Below are positions 1 to 9,325 of a DNA stretch of 64,000 bases, piece by piece. Location of the stretch: assembly GCA_963843575.1 (NCBI GenBank), contig CAWJKZ010000014.1, positions 640,001 through 704,000 on the forward strand, in the 5' to 3' direction. A program made the position numbers and the translations under genes. Within the stretch, counting starts at the first letter, position 1. The number at the start of each line of letters is the position of its first letter. The DNA comes from an uncultured Acidobacteriota bacterium. GTDB lineage: Bacteria; Acidobacteriota; UBA6911. A model generated the notes under the pieces. The model ran no database searches, was not told the DNA's origin, and worked only from the letters and a program-made list of their open reading frames with translations.

Positions 1-383
1 AACGCAGCGACCCCGATCTGGTCCAGCAGATCCGCGCTCTCCTCGTCGAACGGGGTCGAAAGGAACACGACCTTGCGGCGCTCGGCGTGTGTCTTCAGCT
101 TCCCGTAGTCTTCCCACCCTAGTTCCAGCCGTCGGAACATGTGATACGCGGTTTCGGTGCCGTCATCCTGTTGGGCCAGCCGGTCGCGGTTGGCAACCAT
201 GAGCCGGTCGGTGCGGAAGGTCTGGAACTTCACCGCATCCGCCCCGGCGTCGGCGGCCGCGTCGATCAGTTTCAAGGCCTCCGCGAGGCTCCCTCCGTGG
301 TTGATCCCGATCTCAGCGACGACGAATGCCTTCGCCCCGTCGCCGACGACCCGGTCGTCAATCAAGAGCTCACGATGTGACAT
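1..383 (-). CDS. N-acetylneuraminate/pseudaminate synthase family (NeuB/PseI/SpsE), 5' part, runs off window
   Basis: Manual translation MSHRELLIDDRVVGDGAKAFVVAEIGINHGGS...AGADAVKFQTF...FLSTPFDEESADLL; AEIGxNH, ADAVKFQ and STPFD motifs. Confidence 0.9.
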   Translation of the reverse strand, partial: MSHRELLIDDRVVGDGAKAFVVAEIGINHGGSLAEALKLIDAAADAGADAVKFQTFRTDRLMVANRDRLAQQDDGTETAYHMFRRLELGWEDYGKLKTHAERRKVVFLSTPFDEESADLLDQIGVAA

Positions 384-1048
384 GGATTTGCCTGCTCCAG
401 TATGTGCGGCAGTTGATACAGTGAACCGATGACATAATCGGGCCGGGGGGCAACCGAGTCGGTCCGTCCGTTGGGGGCGCTCACCTGGGCGAACATCATG
501 CCCGCGCCGTGTGCGCCTCGACAGTCCTTGTCGGGGTTGTCGCCGATATACAGTGCCTCGCAGGGATCGGCCCGGAGGTAATCCAGCATCAAGGAGAACG
601 TGAATGGATGCGGCTTCCCTTTTTCGCTGCCATAATCCCAGGTGTAGATTATCTTGTCGACGCGGTATTCCAGGCCGAGCGCCCTGACTTTGTTCCGCTG
701 CACTTTTGGGAACCCGTCGGTGATGATGCCGAGCTTGTATTCGCGGCCCATTTTCTCGAGCAGGCGACCGTAACCGGGATAGAGCCGGATCTGAGGCACG
801 TGGGTGCGGTAAACCTCCACCAGCTCCCCGACCGGGACCGCCCCCCTCAGGAAGCGTTCCCCCACCATGGGGAGAACCGCCCGCCTCCCGGAATTCACAT
901 GCGACGCCATCATGGAACAGAAGATGTCGCCGCAGCTGCCGCCGTACCTCCCGGCGACGTAGCGGGCCACGGCCTGGTATCCGCTCTTTACGAAATCCGA
1001 TTCCGGGTACAATGTGTCGTCCAAATCGAACACCAGTGCCTGTATCAT
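362..1048 (-). CDS. HAD-superfamily hydrolase/phosphatase
   Basis: FDLDDTLY motif I, ITDG, GKPHP, YIGDNPDKD motif IV. Confidence 0.9.
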   Translation of the reverse strand: MIQALVFDLDDTLYPESDFVKSGYQAVARYVAGRYGGSCGDIFCSMMASHVNSGRRAVLPMVGERFLRGAVPVGELVEVYRTHVPQIRLYPGYGRLLEKMGREYKLGIITDGFPKVQRNKVRALGLEYRVDKIIYTWDYGSEKGKPHPFTFSLMLDYLRADPCEALYIGDNPDKDCRGAHGAGMMFAQVSAPNGRTDSVAPRPDYVIGSLYQLPHILEQANPCHIVSS

Positions 1049-2154
1049 CAGCAGACCTGCGTGTTACGGCGCGCGGCGGCGCGCACCAGTTGCTCGACGC
1101 GGTGTGCGCCGGCCCCGTCCACCAGCTCCCGGCCCCGTTCCGAAAGCCTCGCCCTGAGCCCGTGGTCACCCTCCAGACGCTCGAGGAAGCCCGGGAGCCC
1201 CTCGACGGGCAACTCCGCTCCCATCCCCAGGTCTATGCAGGCACCGAGGTCCGCAAGCCGGGAGAGCGTGAGGTGTTGGTGCTCGTCGTAGGCCAGGCCC
1301 AACGCCGGAGTGCCGGCGCAGAGGGACTCGTACACGGACAGGCCGCCGGCCGTGAAGGCCAAGTCGGCGTCAAATAGGATTTCGGCGACCGGTTCCGCAG
1401 CCGCCGCCCAGCGAAACCTGACCGGCGACCAGTCAAGCAAGCCGAGTTGCCCCTGGCCCCACCGTGCGAATCCGGGGAATCCGGTCGCCTCGACAGGACG
1501 GCCCCAGAGGCGCAAGCCCTCCAGAATCCGCGGGAAATACCGGCCGGCGTCGCCGCCGCCCAGTGCCACGACGACCTTGCGTATCGAGTGCCGGATCTCC
1601 TTGCGGCGGGCGTGCAACGACCCGAACTCACAGTCCAGCACCGTGTATAACGGCCCCAGATGCGCGGTCGGGCTTCCGGGGAACCCACTCGTGCGTGGGG
1701 CGACACTGCCGTCGATCACGACGTCCGACGGCAGCGGGTCCAGGCCAAGATCATGAATGCTCAGCACCGGAACGGCGCGGCGCTTCGCTTCGAGGCACAG
1801 CGCGGCGGCGTGCCGCGATCCGCGGACGTCGATCAGCAGCACCGCCGGATTGCCTGCCGCAGGCCAGCGAATGTCCGGGCCAATCCGCACCCGGCCGTAG
1901 CCGCCCTCCTCCACCAGGGGGCCGCTCCACGCGTCGTCTGCCGCAAGCAGAAACAAGACTCCGATGCCGTCGGCTCGGAGCAGGCGGGCTAGAACCAGAC
2001 AACGCCGGAGATGTCCGAAACCGAGGGACGGCGCAGCCGCCGTGTGGATCCACACGACGCAGTCGTCTTCTGCGGCCCCGGGGCGCGGGAGTGGTTGTCC
2101 CGCCTGCACAGCGACGGGTGGACGCGTCAAGGAATTGTCACTCCGGCAGTTCAT
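1048..2154 (-). CDS. PseG/SpsG-like UDP-sugar hydrolase (GT-B fold)
   Basis: LGFGHLRRC, ALGGGD, DLAFTAGGLSVYESLCAGTP motifs; next to NeuB-like synthase. Confidence 0.8.
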   Translation of the reverse strand: MNCRSDNSLTRPPVAVQAGQPLPRPGAAEDDCVVWIHTAAAPSLGFGHLRRCLVLARLLRADGIGVLFLLAADDAWSGPLVEEGGYGRVRIGPDIRWPAAGNPAVLLIDVRGSRHAAALCLEAKRRAVPVLSIHDLGLDPLPSDVVIDGSVAPRTSGFPGSPTAHLGPLYTVLDCEFGSLHARRKEIRHSIRKVVVALGGGDAGRYFPRILEGLRLWGRPVEATGFPGFARWGQGQLGLLDWSPVRFRWAAAAEPVAEILFDADLAFTAGGLSVYESLCAGTPALGLAYDEHQHLTLSRLADLGACIDLGMGAELPVEGLPGFLERLEGDHGLRARLSERGRELVDGAGAHRVEQLVRAAARRNTQVC

Positions 2155-2185
2155 TTGTCGGACCTTTGACGACTCATCCTGCTGC

Positions 2186-2797
2186 TCAAAACAACTCGGA
2201 CATCGACTGATACATCGACCTCCAGGCGGGCACCAAGGGCAGGATCTCGTACTCGAGGAGATCCGCCACGCAGATGAAGTCCTGCCGCTCGTGGGCGGAC
2301 ACCATTTGCTTCAGTACCAAAAGGAGTCGATCCTGCTGCGCGCGAGCGGAAACACCCGTGACGAGGATGCCGGCCAGAACGGGACCAAAGCTCGCCTGCA
2401 GCCGCTCCGTCAGCAGGTTCAGCCAGTGGAATCCTTCGTAGAGCTGCCGCAAACGCCCGAAGGCGTCCGGGCCGGGAGCAACCCGAAAACTGCCTGCCAG
2501 TGAGGGAGTTAAGGCTTCCACGCGCTCGAGGTAGGAAATAGCTTCCCCGATCGAATCCCGGGCTACGTCGCGCAGGTTTCCGGTGAGAACCTCTACCTTG
2601 TCGCGGGCGACGAGTGGGGCCGGCTGGGCGTCCGGCCCACCGCTGGAGGCAAACGGGATCCCGTCGACATCGATCCGCCTGATTACGGAGTTCGGCGGAA
2701 GGTGTCCCGCCTCGACGTGTCGGATGACTTCGGTCATCGAGGAAAAGGCGGAGGGGGGGGTCGGGATTTCCCTGGCGTCGACAAACAGTCTGGTCAT
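2186..2797 (-). CDS. Hypothetical helical protein, flagellin glycosylation-locus associated
   Basis: 203 aa with C-terminal ADLLEYEILP, a motif I associate with proteins near maf/flagellin genes; first gene after a sigma54 promoter. Confidence 0.6.
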   Translation of the reverse strand: MTRLFVDAREIPTPPSAFSSMTEVIRHVEAGHLPPNSVIRRIDVDGIPFASSGGPDAQPAPLVARDKVEVLTGNLRDVARDSIGEAISYLERVEALTPSLAGSFRVAPGPDAFGRLRQLYEGFHWLNLLTERLQASFGPVLAGILVTGVSARAQQDRLLLVLKQMVSAHERQDFICVADLLEYEILPLVPAWRSMYQSMSELF

Positions 2798-2846
2798 GAC
2801 TTCTCCGTGTGCAGAAGGCTGCGCGCGCTGATTCCGCAGGTGTCAA

Positions 2847-2862
2847 TGCAACTTGGGCGCCA
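2847..2862 (-). promoter_or_regulatory. sigma54 -24/-12 promoter for glycosylation operon
   Basis: TGGCGC-CCAAG-TTGCA on minus strand, about 50 bp upstream of ATG 2797. Confidence 0.75.
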
Positions 2863-2995
2863 GTCCGCCGGGGTTCACGGGTCTCCGACCCCGGAGGAGG
2901 GGCGGCAGCCGCCCCGGTAATAACCAGATCCGACGACTCTGCCGGGTCCCTGGGACCCCGGGTTGTCGCAGATCCACTTTGGCCCGATTTTGGTG

Positions 2996-3023
2996 TAATA
3001 CCGCGACGGCTTCGGGTCGATAG
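2996..3023 (+). promoter_or_regulatory. sigma28 promoter of flagellin 1
   Basis: TAAT-N16-GTCGATAG versus consensus TAAA-N15/16-GCCGATAA. Confidence 0.7.
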
Positions 3024-3120
3024 AGTGGGCGACCGCGTTCCAGCATGAGACGCGGCCGGGAGAGCCGACGGGCAGGGAAGCCCGGGCGAGCACCCGACAA
3101 AAACTCATCCAATCCCGTCA

Positions 3121-3138
3121 GAATTCAAGGAGGAATTC
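3121..3138 (+). promoter_or_regulatory. CsrA-binding hairpin over Shine-Dalgarno of flagellin 1
   Basis: GAATTC-AAGGAG-GAATTC (ANGGAN hexaloop); second hairpin GGGC-AGGGAA-GCCC at 3070-3083. Confidence 0.7.
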
Positions 3139-3141
3139 AAA

Positions 3142-3999
3142 ATGGGAGCCTTCAGCATCCTCAACAACATTGCAGCCCTCAACGCCCAGAATCAGCTTTC
3201 GGTCAACAACAACAACCTGAGCCGCACATTCCTGCGCCTCTCTTCCGGCAAACGGATCAACTCGGGCGCCGACGACGCGGCCGGCCTGCAGATCGCCGAC
3301 AGCCTGCGCGCCAACATCCGGGCGCTCGATCAGGCGGTGCGCAACGCCATGGACGGCATCAGCCTGGCGCAGATCGCGGACGGCGCGCTGGAAGAGATCT
3401 CGAACATCCTTACTCGGGCCGTAACCCTGGCCGAGGAATCCGCCACGGAAACCACCGACGACGTCGGACGCGCGTCACTCGACACGGAGTACAACCTGAT
3501 CCAGGCGGAGATCTCCAGGATCGTCAACCAGACGAATTTCAACGGCGTGCAGCTCTTCACGCAGGCGGGCCTGAATGGCTCGGTCAGCATCTTCGTGGGC
3601 GACACCACCAGTTCCAGTTCGATCTCGGTGACGGTCAGCATGATTTCCACCAGTGGGGACCTGGTCACCGACCTCGGCGGATTCGACCTGTCGACCGTCG
3701 ATCTCACCACCGCCGCAGGCGCAGCGAACGCGCTCGGCACCATCAAGGATGCGCTGTCGGTCATTTCGGGCAACCGGGCGGAAGTCGGCGCGGGCATCAA
3801 TCGCCTGCAGGCGGCCATGGCTGTCCTGCAGAATCAGTCCCAGAACACGCAGTCCGCGGAGTCGACGATTCGCGACGCCAACGTGGCACAGGAAGTCTCC
3901 AACCTGACGAAATACCAGATCCTGGCACAGTCGGGGCTTGCCGCCCTGGCTCAGGCCAACGCCAACAGCCAGATCGTCCTCACGCTGTTGAACCGGTAG
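3142..3999 (+). CDS. fliC: Flagellin (short, 285 aa)
   Basis: RLSSGKRINSGADDAAGLQIA N-terminus; AESTIRDANVAQEV...QILAQSG C-terminus. Confidence 0.97.
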   Translation: MGAFSILNNIAALNAQNQLSVNNNNLSRTFLRLSSGKRINSGADDAAGLQIADSLRANIRALDQAVRNAMDGISLAQIADGALEEISNILTRAVTLAEESATETTDDVGRASLDTEYNLIQAEISRIVNQTNFNGVQLFTQAGLNGSVSIFVGDTTSSSSISVTVSMISTSGDLVTDLGGFDLSTVDLTTAAGAANALGTIKDALSVISGNRAEVGAGINRLQAAMAVLQNQSQNTQSAESTIRDANVAQEVSNLTKYQILAQSGLAALAQANANSQIVLTLLNR

Positions 4000-4033
4000 A
4001 CTCCTCACTCCAACCCGGGAAGTGGCGGGAACA

Positions 4034-4068
4034 AAGGCGGGGCTTTCTGAAAGGGGGGGCTCCGCCTT
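4034..4068 (+). terminator. Hairpin after flagellin 1 (probable terminator or stability element)
   Basis: AAGGCGGGGCTTTCT-GAA-AGGGGGGGCTCCGCCTT; similar hairpin after flagellin 2; no U-tract. Confidence 0.45.
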
Positions 4069-4202
4069 CCCCTCCTGGCCACTCCGCAAGCACAGCGGTC
4101 CAGCCCCTGCGCAGCCTACCCACGGCCCGGCTCTCGCCACGCGCCGCATTTGACCGCTACCCCGGAATCTCGCTCCCTGCCGCAGCGCCCGCATTTTCCC
4201 CC

Positions 4203-4230
4203 TAATCTCCGGCGGCACCCCGGTCGATAA
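4203..4230 (+). promoter_or_regulatory. sigma28 promoter of flagellin 2
   Basis: TAAT-N16-GTCGATAA. Confidence 0.75.
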
Positions 4231-4346
4231 CGTCTCACGAACAACACAATTTGATCCGGTCGACAGCCACCAGGCGCTGCTCGCGTGGGCCTCCCAAGGA
4301 GGCAGTCCCGCGCACACGGCCCCGAGCTGTCGCTGTCCCATTCTCT

Positions 4347-4366
4347 CGAATTCAAGGAGGAATTCG
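4347..4366 (+). promoter_or_regulatory. CsrA-binding hairpin over Shine-Dalgarno of flagellin 2
   Basis: CGAATTC-AAGGAG-GAATTCG, same core as flagellin 1. Confidence 0.7.
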
Positions 4367-4369
4367 CTC

Positions 4370-5230
4370 ATGGGTTCATTCAGCATTCTCAACAACATCG
4401 CCGGGCTCGGCGCCCAAAACCAACTCAACCTCAACAACATCAACCTGGCGCGCACCTTCCAGCGCCTCTCGTCGGGGAAAAGGATCAATTCCGGCGCGGA
4501 CGACGCCGCAGGTCTGCAGATTGCCGACAGCCTGCGCGCGAATATCCGAGCCCTCGACCAGGCGGTGCGCAACGCCAACGATGGGATCAGCGTAGCTCAG
4601 GTCGCCGATGGCGCCTTGCAGGAAATCACCAACCTCCTGACCCGTGCCGTCACCCTCGCGGAAGAAGCCGCAACCGAGACGACGGACACCGCGGGCCGCA
4701 CCTCGCTCAACAATGAGTTTACTCAGATCGAGGCGGAAATCGCGCGCATCGCGGGCCAGACCACTTTCAACGGCGTCGCGCTGTTCACGGCTGCCGGCGT
4801 GAACGGCTCGTTGAGTGTCTTCGTCGGCGACACCTCCGGTGCCAGTTCGATCGCTGTCTCGATCGCCACCATTACGGCCGACTCCAGCGCCGGCACCGTC
4901 ACCTCCCTCGGCGGCCAGAACCTAACCACCATCGATCTTTCCACCCAGGCCGGCGCGGCTTCCGCGCTCACGTCCATCAAAGCCGCTGTCTCCGGCGTGG
5001 CCAACGGCCGTGCCGGCATCGGCGCCGGGATCAACCGTCTGCAGACGGCCGTCGCGGTGCTGCAGGCTCAGTCCCAGAATACCCAGGCCGCGGAATCGAC
5101 GATCCGCGACGCCAACATCGCCGAAGAGGTGGCGAACTTGACCAAGTACCAGATTCTGGCTCAATCCGGTGTTGCCGCCCTGGCCCAGGCCAACGGCAAC
5201 AGCCAGATCGTCCTCAACCTCCTGAAGTAG
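4370..5230 (+). CDS. fliC: Flagellin (short, 286 aa), paralog of the upstream copy
   Basis: QRLSSGKRINSGADDAAGLQIA; conserved flagellin C-terminus. Confidence 0.97.
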   Translation: MGSFSILNNIAGLGAQNQLNLNNINLARTFQRLSSGKRINSGADDAAGLQIADSLRANIRALDQAVRNANDGISVAQVADGALQEITNLLTRAVTLAEEAATETTDTAGRTSLNNEFTQIEAEIARIAGQTTFNGVALFTAAGVNGSLSVFVGDTSGASSIAVSIATITADSSAGTVTSLGGQNLTTIDLSTQAGAASALTSIKAAVSGVANGRAGIGAGINRLQTAVAVLQAQSQNTQAAESTIRDANIAEEVANLTKYQILAQSGVAALAQANGNSQIVLNLLK

Positions 5231-5274
5231 GTAAAGGCCGGCACCGGCCGGCACCGTCGTGGCGAGCTTGGAGC

Positions 5275-5301
5275 GCGGGTTTCTTGGAAAGGGGAACCCG
5301 C
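5275..5301 (+). terminator. Hairpin after flagellin 2
   Basis: GCGGGTTTCTT-GGAA-AGGGGAACCCGC. Confidence 0.45.
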
Positions 5302-5450
5302 CTCCCGGCCACACTCTCCCCACTCCAACCCGCACCCCCCCACACCTCCCTCGCACCTGCCAAACCGACCCATTCGGATCGAAAGAACTACCGGCTGTTT
5401 CGCACGGCAGATTCGAGCTTCCCGAGGATCCTATTTCGTCAATTTTCCGG

Positions 5451-5477
5451 TGAGCCCCCGCCCCAAAATGCCGATAA
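5451..5477 (+). promoter_or_regulatory. sigma28 promoter of fliD operon
   Basis: TGAG-N15-GCCGATAA (perfect -10). Confidence 0.65.
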
Positions 5478-5582
5478 GCACACTGTTGTGGCCCGGCGCC
5501 AGGGTTGCCGACCCGAATGCGGGCGTCACCTCCTGACGATGCGCAACAGCCGGAAAAATTTGCGCGCGAGTGAGGCAGAAGG

Positions 5583-7562
5583 ATGTCATCCATAAATCTC
5601 CTCAGCGGCGGTTTGGACGTCCAGGGAACCGTCGAAAAACTCATCTACGTCGAGAGCGAACCCATACGCCGCCTCGAAACTCAGACTAAGACCCTCAACA
5701 GCAAGGTCTCCGCCTACCAGTCGCTCAACACCAAGGTGTCGGCTCTCCTGGATCAGGTCAACGAGATGATCTTCCAGGACGAGACCGCCTCGCTTGCGCC
5801 CGTCTACTCCTTCGAGGACAGGCTCGCCCACAGCGTGTTCGGTGCACGCCAGGTGACCTCATCCGACGACGACGCGGTGAGCGCCACCGCCACCAAGGGC
5901 ATGTCCACCGGGACGTTCGCTCTCGCCGTGACCGGGCTGGCACAGGCCAGGACCGTGGCCGCCGGTAATTTCGCCGACACGACCACGACCCGCACCGGCA
6001 CGGGCACGCTGGCCTTTCGCGTCGGCTCCGCCGAACCAGTTACGGTCACGATCGATTCGACCAACAACACCCTCGAGGGCGTCCGTCGTGCCATCAATGC
6101 GGCTAATGCGGGGGTTACCGCAACTATTGTCAATGACGGAAGCTCCACGCCCTATCGGCTGACGATCACCGCCAACGAGACAGGGACGGCGAACTCCTTC
6201 AGCATTACCGACAACCTGACCGGCGGCCAAGCCTTGAATCTCGCCGAGAAAATGGCGGCGCAGGACGCCGAATTCTCCGTCAACGGCGTCAACATCACGA
6301 AGGCGTCCAACACCGTCTCCGACGTGGTCGACGGCGTGACGTTCACGCTCAAGAACACGACCGCGACGCCGGTCATGCTCACCGTGCAGAAGGACTACGA
6401 CGCCATCGTCTCCGCCGTCCAGAAACTGGCAACGGCTTTCAACGAAGTAAACACCTTCGCCAACCAGCAGTTCAGGTACAACCAGACGACCAAGACCGCC
6501 GGCGTCCTCTCGGGTGACGCAACCCTCCGGAGCACCCAGACGAGAATCCGTGACATCCTGGCGCAGGCGGTCGGCAACGCCTTCACGCCTTACCGGACGA
6601 TCAGCCAGATAGGGATCTCGTTCAGTAACGACGGCAGTCTCGTCGTGGACGACACCAAGCTGCGCAAGGCGCTGACCTCCAACTCGACACAGGTCGCTGC
6701 CCTCCTGCTCGGCGACGGGGCTGCAGGGACGGCGGAGAGCTTCGCCGCCACCGACGCCCGCGTCTCCTACTACGGCAAGGCCGCGGCGACCCAGACGGGG
6801 ACCTACGATGTATCGGTCACCGCTCTTGCAGCCCAGGCTGCGGTGACCGGCAGCGATATCGTGACGGCGCTGGCACAGGACGAACAGCTGACCATCCGCC
6901 ACGGCGGAACCACGACCCTGATCGACCTTCTGTTCGGCGATTCGCTCGCCACCGTCCTGTCCAAAGTCAACCAGGGCCTTGTCGCCGCCGGGGTTGCCGC
7001 AACCGCCTCCGACGACGGCACGGGCAGGATTCGAATCACCACGTCGGGCTGGGGCTCCGGAGAAAGCATCTCGGTCGAATCCAACGTCGACGCCACGGGA
7101 TCCAGCGGTTTCGGCACCACCGCGGCAACGGCGACCGGCACAGACATCGAAGGCACCATCAACGGGCACACGGCTGCCGGTGCGGGGCTGGTGCTCACCG
7201 GGGCCGCCGGGCAGCCGGAGGAGGGCCTCGGCATCGCCATCAACCAGGAATCGACGGGCGATTACGGCTCCGTGAGCTTCACCCAGGCCGTCTCCGGGTC
7301 GGAAGGCGCCAGCATCCTGGTCAACCTGCGCACCGCCCTGAAGGCGATCACCGACCCCCTGTCGGGGCCTATTCAAAGGGCCACGGATGCGCTCCATCAG
7401 ACAATCAAATCGATCGCGGACCGGATCGAGGAGTACGAAGAGCGCATGGAAGTCAGAGAGGAACTGCTCACCGCAGAGTATTCCCGGGCCGATCAGGCGT
7501 TGCGGTTGATGACAGTCACCCAGTCGGCGCTGTCCAGCCAGATCAGCTCGTTTTCCAGCTAA
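5583..7562 (+). CDS. fliD: Flagellar filament cap protein FliD (659 aa)
   Basis: SGGLDVQGTVEKLI N-terminus, AQDAEFSVNG...SNTVSDVVDGVTFTL, GVLSGDATL, C-terminal coiled coil. Confidence 0.93.
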   Translation: MSSINLLSGGLDVQGTVEKLIYVESEPIRRLETQTKTLNSKVSAYQSLNTKVSALLDQVNEMIFQDETASLAPVYSFEDRLAHSVFGARQVTSSDDDAVSATATKGMSTGTFALAVTGLAQARTVAAGNFADTTTTRTGTGTLAFRVGSAEPVTVTIDSTNNTLEGVRRAINAANAGVTATIVNDGSSTPYRLTITANETGTANSFSITDNLTGGQALNLAEKMAAQDAEFSVNGVNITKASNTVSDVVDGVTFTLKNTTATPVMLTVQKDYDAIVSAVQKLATAFNEVNTFANQQFRYNQTTKTAGVLSGDATLRSTQTRIRDILAQAVGNAFTPYRTISQIGISFSNDGSLVVDDTKLRKALTSNSTQVAALLLGDGAAGTAESFAATDARVSYYGKAAATQTGTYDVSVTALAAQAAVTGSDIVTALAQDEQLTIRHGGTTTLIDLLFGDSLATVLSKVNQGLVAAGVAATASDDGTGRIRITTSGWGSGESISVESNVDATGSSGFGTTAATATGTDIEGTINGHTAAGAGLVLTGAAGQPEEGLGIAINQESTGDYGSVSFTQAVSGSEGASILVNLRTALKAITDPLSGPIQRATDALHQTIKSIADRIEEYEERMEVREELLTAEYSRADQALRLMTVTQSALSSQISSFSS

Positions 7563-7588
7563 CCGTACGCGTTGAGCCGAAGGAGTAG

Positions 7589-8056
7589 TTGATGGTAGGC
7601 AGCCAACCTTCTGCGGGTCGGTACCGTGAAGTCGCGGTGAGGACCGCGAACCCGCTGCAGCTTGTGGTCATGCTGTACGACGGAGCCATCCAGGCACTCA
7701 AGGAAGCGCAGGACCACCTCGGGAAGAAGGACATTCCCAACCGCGCGCGCTGCATCAACCGTGCGGTCGCGATCCTGTCGGAACTCCAGGCGTGCCTGAA
7801 CTTCAGCAACGGGGGGGCCATCGCCCATTCCCTGGACAGGCTGTACACCTACATGAAGCAGCAGATCTTCACAGGAAATCTCGAGATGAACCGCGAACCC
7901 CTCGCCGAGGTGGTCGCGCTGCTCGAGAATCTCCGGTCGGCATGGGGCGAGATCGCCAGGCAGGCGCAGCCACAGCCGATGCGAGGCGACCCGGGCATGC
8001 TCAAGGACGGAACCACCGGCTCGCTCCAGCTCACGGGGCTCAACATCTCGGGGTGA
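7589..8056 (+). CDS. fliS: Flagellin chaperone FliS
   Basis: YREVAVRTANPLQLVVMLYDGAI...LDRLYTYM...LLENLRSAW. Confidence 0.95.
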   Translation: MMVGSQPSAGRYREVAVRTANPLQLVVMLYDGAIQALKEAQDHLGKKDIPNRARCINRAVAILSELQACLNFSNGGAIAHSLDRLYTYMKQQIFTGNLEMNREPLAEVVALLENLRSAWGEIARQAQPQPMRGDPGMLKDGTTGSLQLTGLNISG

Positions 8057-8060
8057 ATCG

Positions 8061-8483
8061 ATGCAGTTTATCGACGAATTGCAGTACATCGACGGACTCT
8101 ACCAGGCTCTGCAGCACGAACTCTCGCCGGGCACGACTGAAGCCGAGGAAGCCTCGCTGGTGGAGACGGTACTGCGCAACAAAGACTTGCTTTGCCGCAT
8201 CGGGCAGCTCAACGAACGCGTGGCCCGCACGACTGCCGCGTGGAAAGATTTCAGGGAACGGGCAGACGCGCCGATGCGGGCGCAGGTCGAGTCGCTCATC
8301 CGAACGGTTCGTGCGCACGCGGCAGACCTCCAGCGTACCTGCGCACAACATGGCCACAGGCTCGAATCGCGTCTCGACCGGCTCGGACATGAGCGGGGCC
8401 GTCTGCGGACCGGCTTCCGTTACCTGGACAGCGTAAAGCCACCCAGAAACAACTACCCCAAATTTGTGGATTCGCTGGGCTGA
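8061..8483 (+). CDS. Helical hypothetical protein, probable FliT-type chaperone
   Basis: 140 aa helical protein directly after fliS; C-terminal PKFVDS. Confidence 0.5.
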   Translation: MQFIDELQYIDGLYQALQHELSPGTTEAEEASLVETVLRNKDLLCRIGQLNERVARTTAAWKDFRERADAPMRAQVESLIRTVRAHAADLQRTCAQHGHRLESRLDRLGHERGRLRTGFRYLDSVKPPRNNYPKFVDSLG

Positions 8484-8607
8484 CCCGAGTCCAGGCATCC
8501 CTCGGCCCGGCCTGGTGCTCACGCTTTCCGACCTTCACCTTGAAAGCAGGAAATGCGGCATCCCCGCCAATGCTCTCTCGAGTGGCTTGTCCGCCCCCGC
8601 AATCTGA

Positions 8608-9012
8608 TCATGGTTCCAATGCCTTCACGGGACCCAGGTAGTGGTCCAACCAGGCAAGAACCTCCTTGATCAACTCGGCCCGTGGCAAAGCGTGACCGGA
8701 GTCGAAAATGGCGTGCCGTTTGTCTTTCCCGGGAGTGCCCAGGAGGCGGAACATCGGGATCTGGCTTTCCTCCAGTGGAGAAATGAAATCATCTCTGCCG
8801 TTCATCATCAGGACCGGGATCTTCACCCGTGAGAGGAAGTTGACCGGATTCGCAGCGCCAAACCGGGCCGGAGCACCTCCGGGAGGAAGGCCGCCCGATT
8901 GCAGGATGCTGGCCTTGAGACGGGGCTCAAGGGCTGAGACGATCGGACCGAACCCCGCACCCCCGCTGATACCGTAGAATGCCCGGGTGGCGTTTTCTTG
9001 ACCCGGGTTCAT
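8608..9012 (-). pseudogene. C-terminal fragment of an alpha/beta (dienelactone hydrolase-like) hydrolase
   Basis: YGISGG nucleophile elbow, NGRDD and DSGH present; N-terminal half of the fold missing. Confidence 0.65.
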
Positions 9013-9059
9013 ACGCGGCTGCCGGACTTCAATCCTTGGGGGTTGACACCCAAGTAGGA

Positions 9060-9229
9060 TTCAGCAGCGACGATTCAGAGTGGCCTGCGCAAAGGCCCAC
9101 CAACGGCTTGCTGGCCTCTGCAGAATATGGCTTGACGGGGAGCACCGCCGCGAGAACAAGAGTTAGGCCGCAAGCACGAACCGGTGGGCCTTGCCACACC
9201 ACCAAGTCCTCAAGACTCGTCTCCGGCAT
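9060..9229 (-). pseudogene. Degraded four-helix-bundle (23S rRNA IVS/Avd-like family) gene remnant
   Basis: MPETSLEDLVVWQ-[fs]-AHRFVLAA* resembles family N-terminus (EDLxVWQKAH); downstream EASKPLV-[fs]-AFAQATLN resembles the C-terminal helix. Confidence 0.5.
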
Positions 9230-9325
9230 CCTCGTGCTGACTATTCGTCGAGGATGCCATGGCCGCAGCAGCCGGATGTCAGCGCCGACTCGGCTGGTTC
9301 GACGACCAATTTCTCCGGGCAGGGA

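Noticed and set aside
4053-4059. Poly-G tract as a phase-variation site
   Set aside because: Only 7 nt, non-coding, and part of a hairpin stem
8608-9229. Diversity-generating retroelement (Avd-like remnant)
   Set aside because: No reverse transcriptase and no TR/VR repeat pair seen in the window
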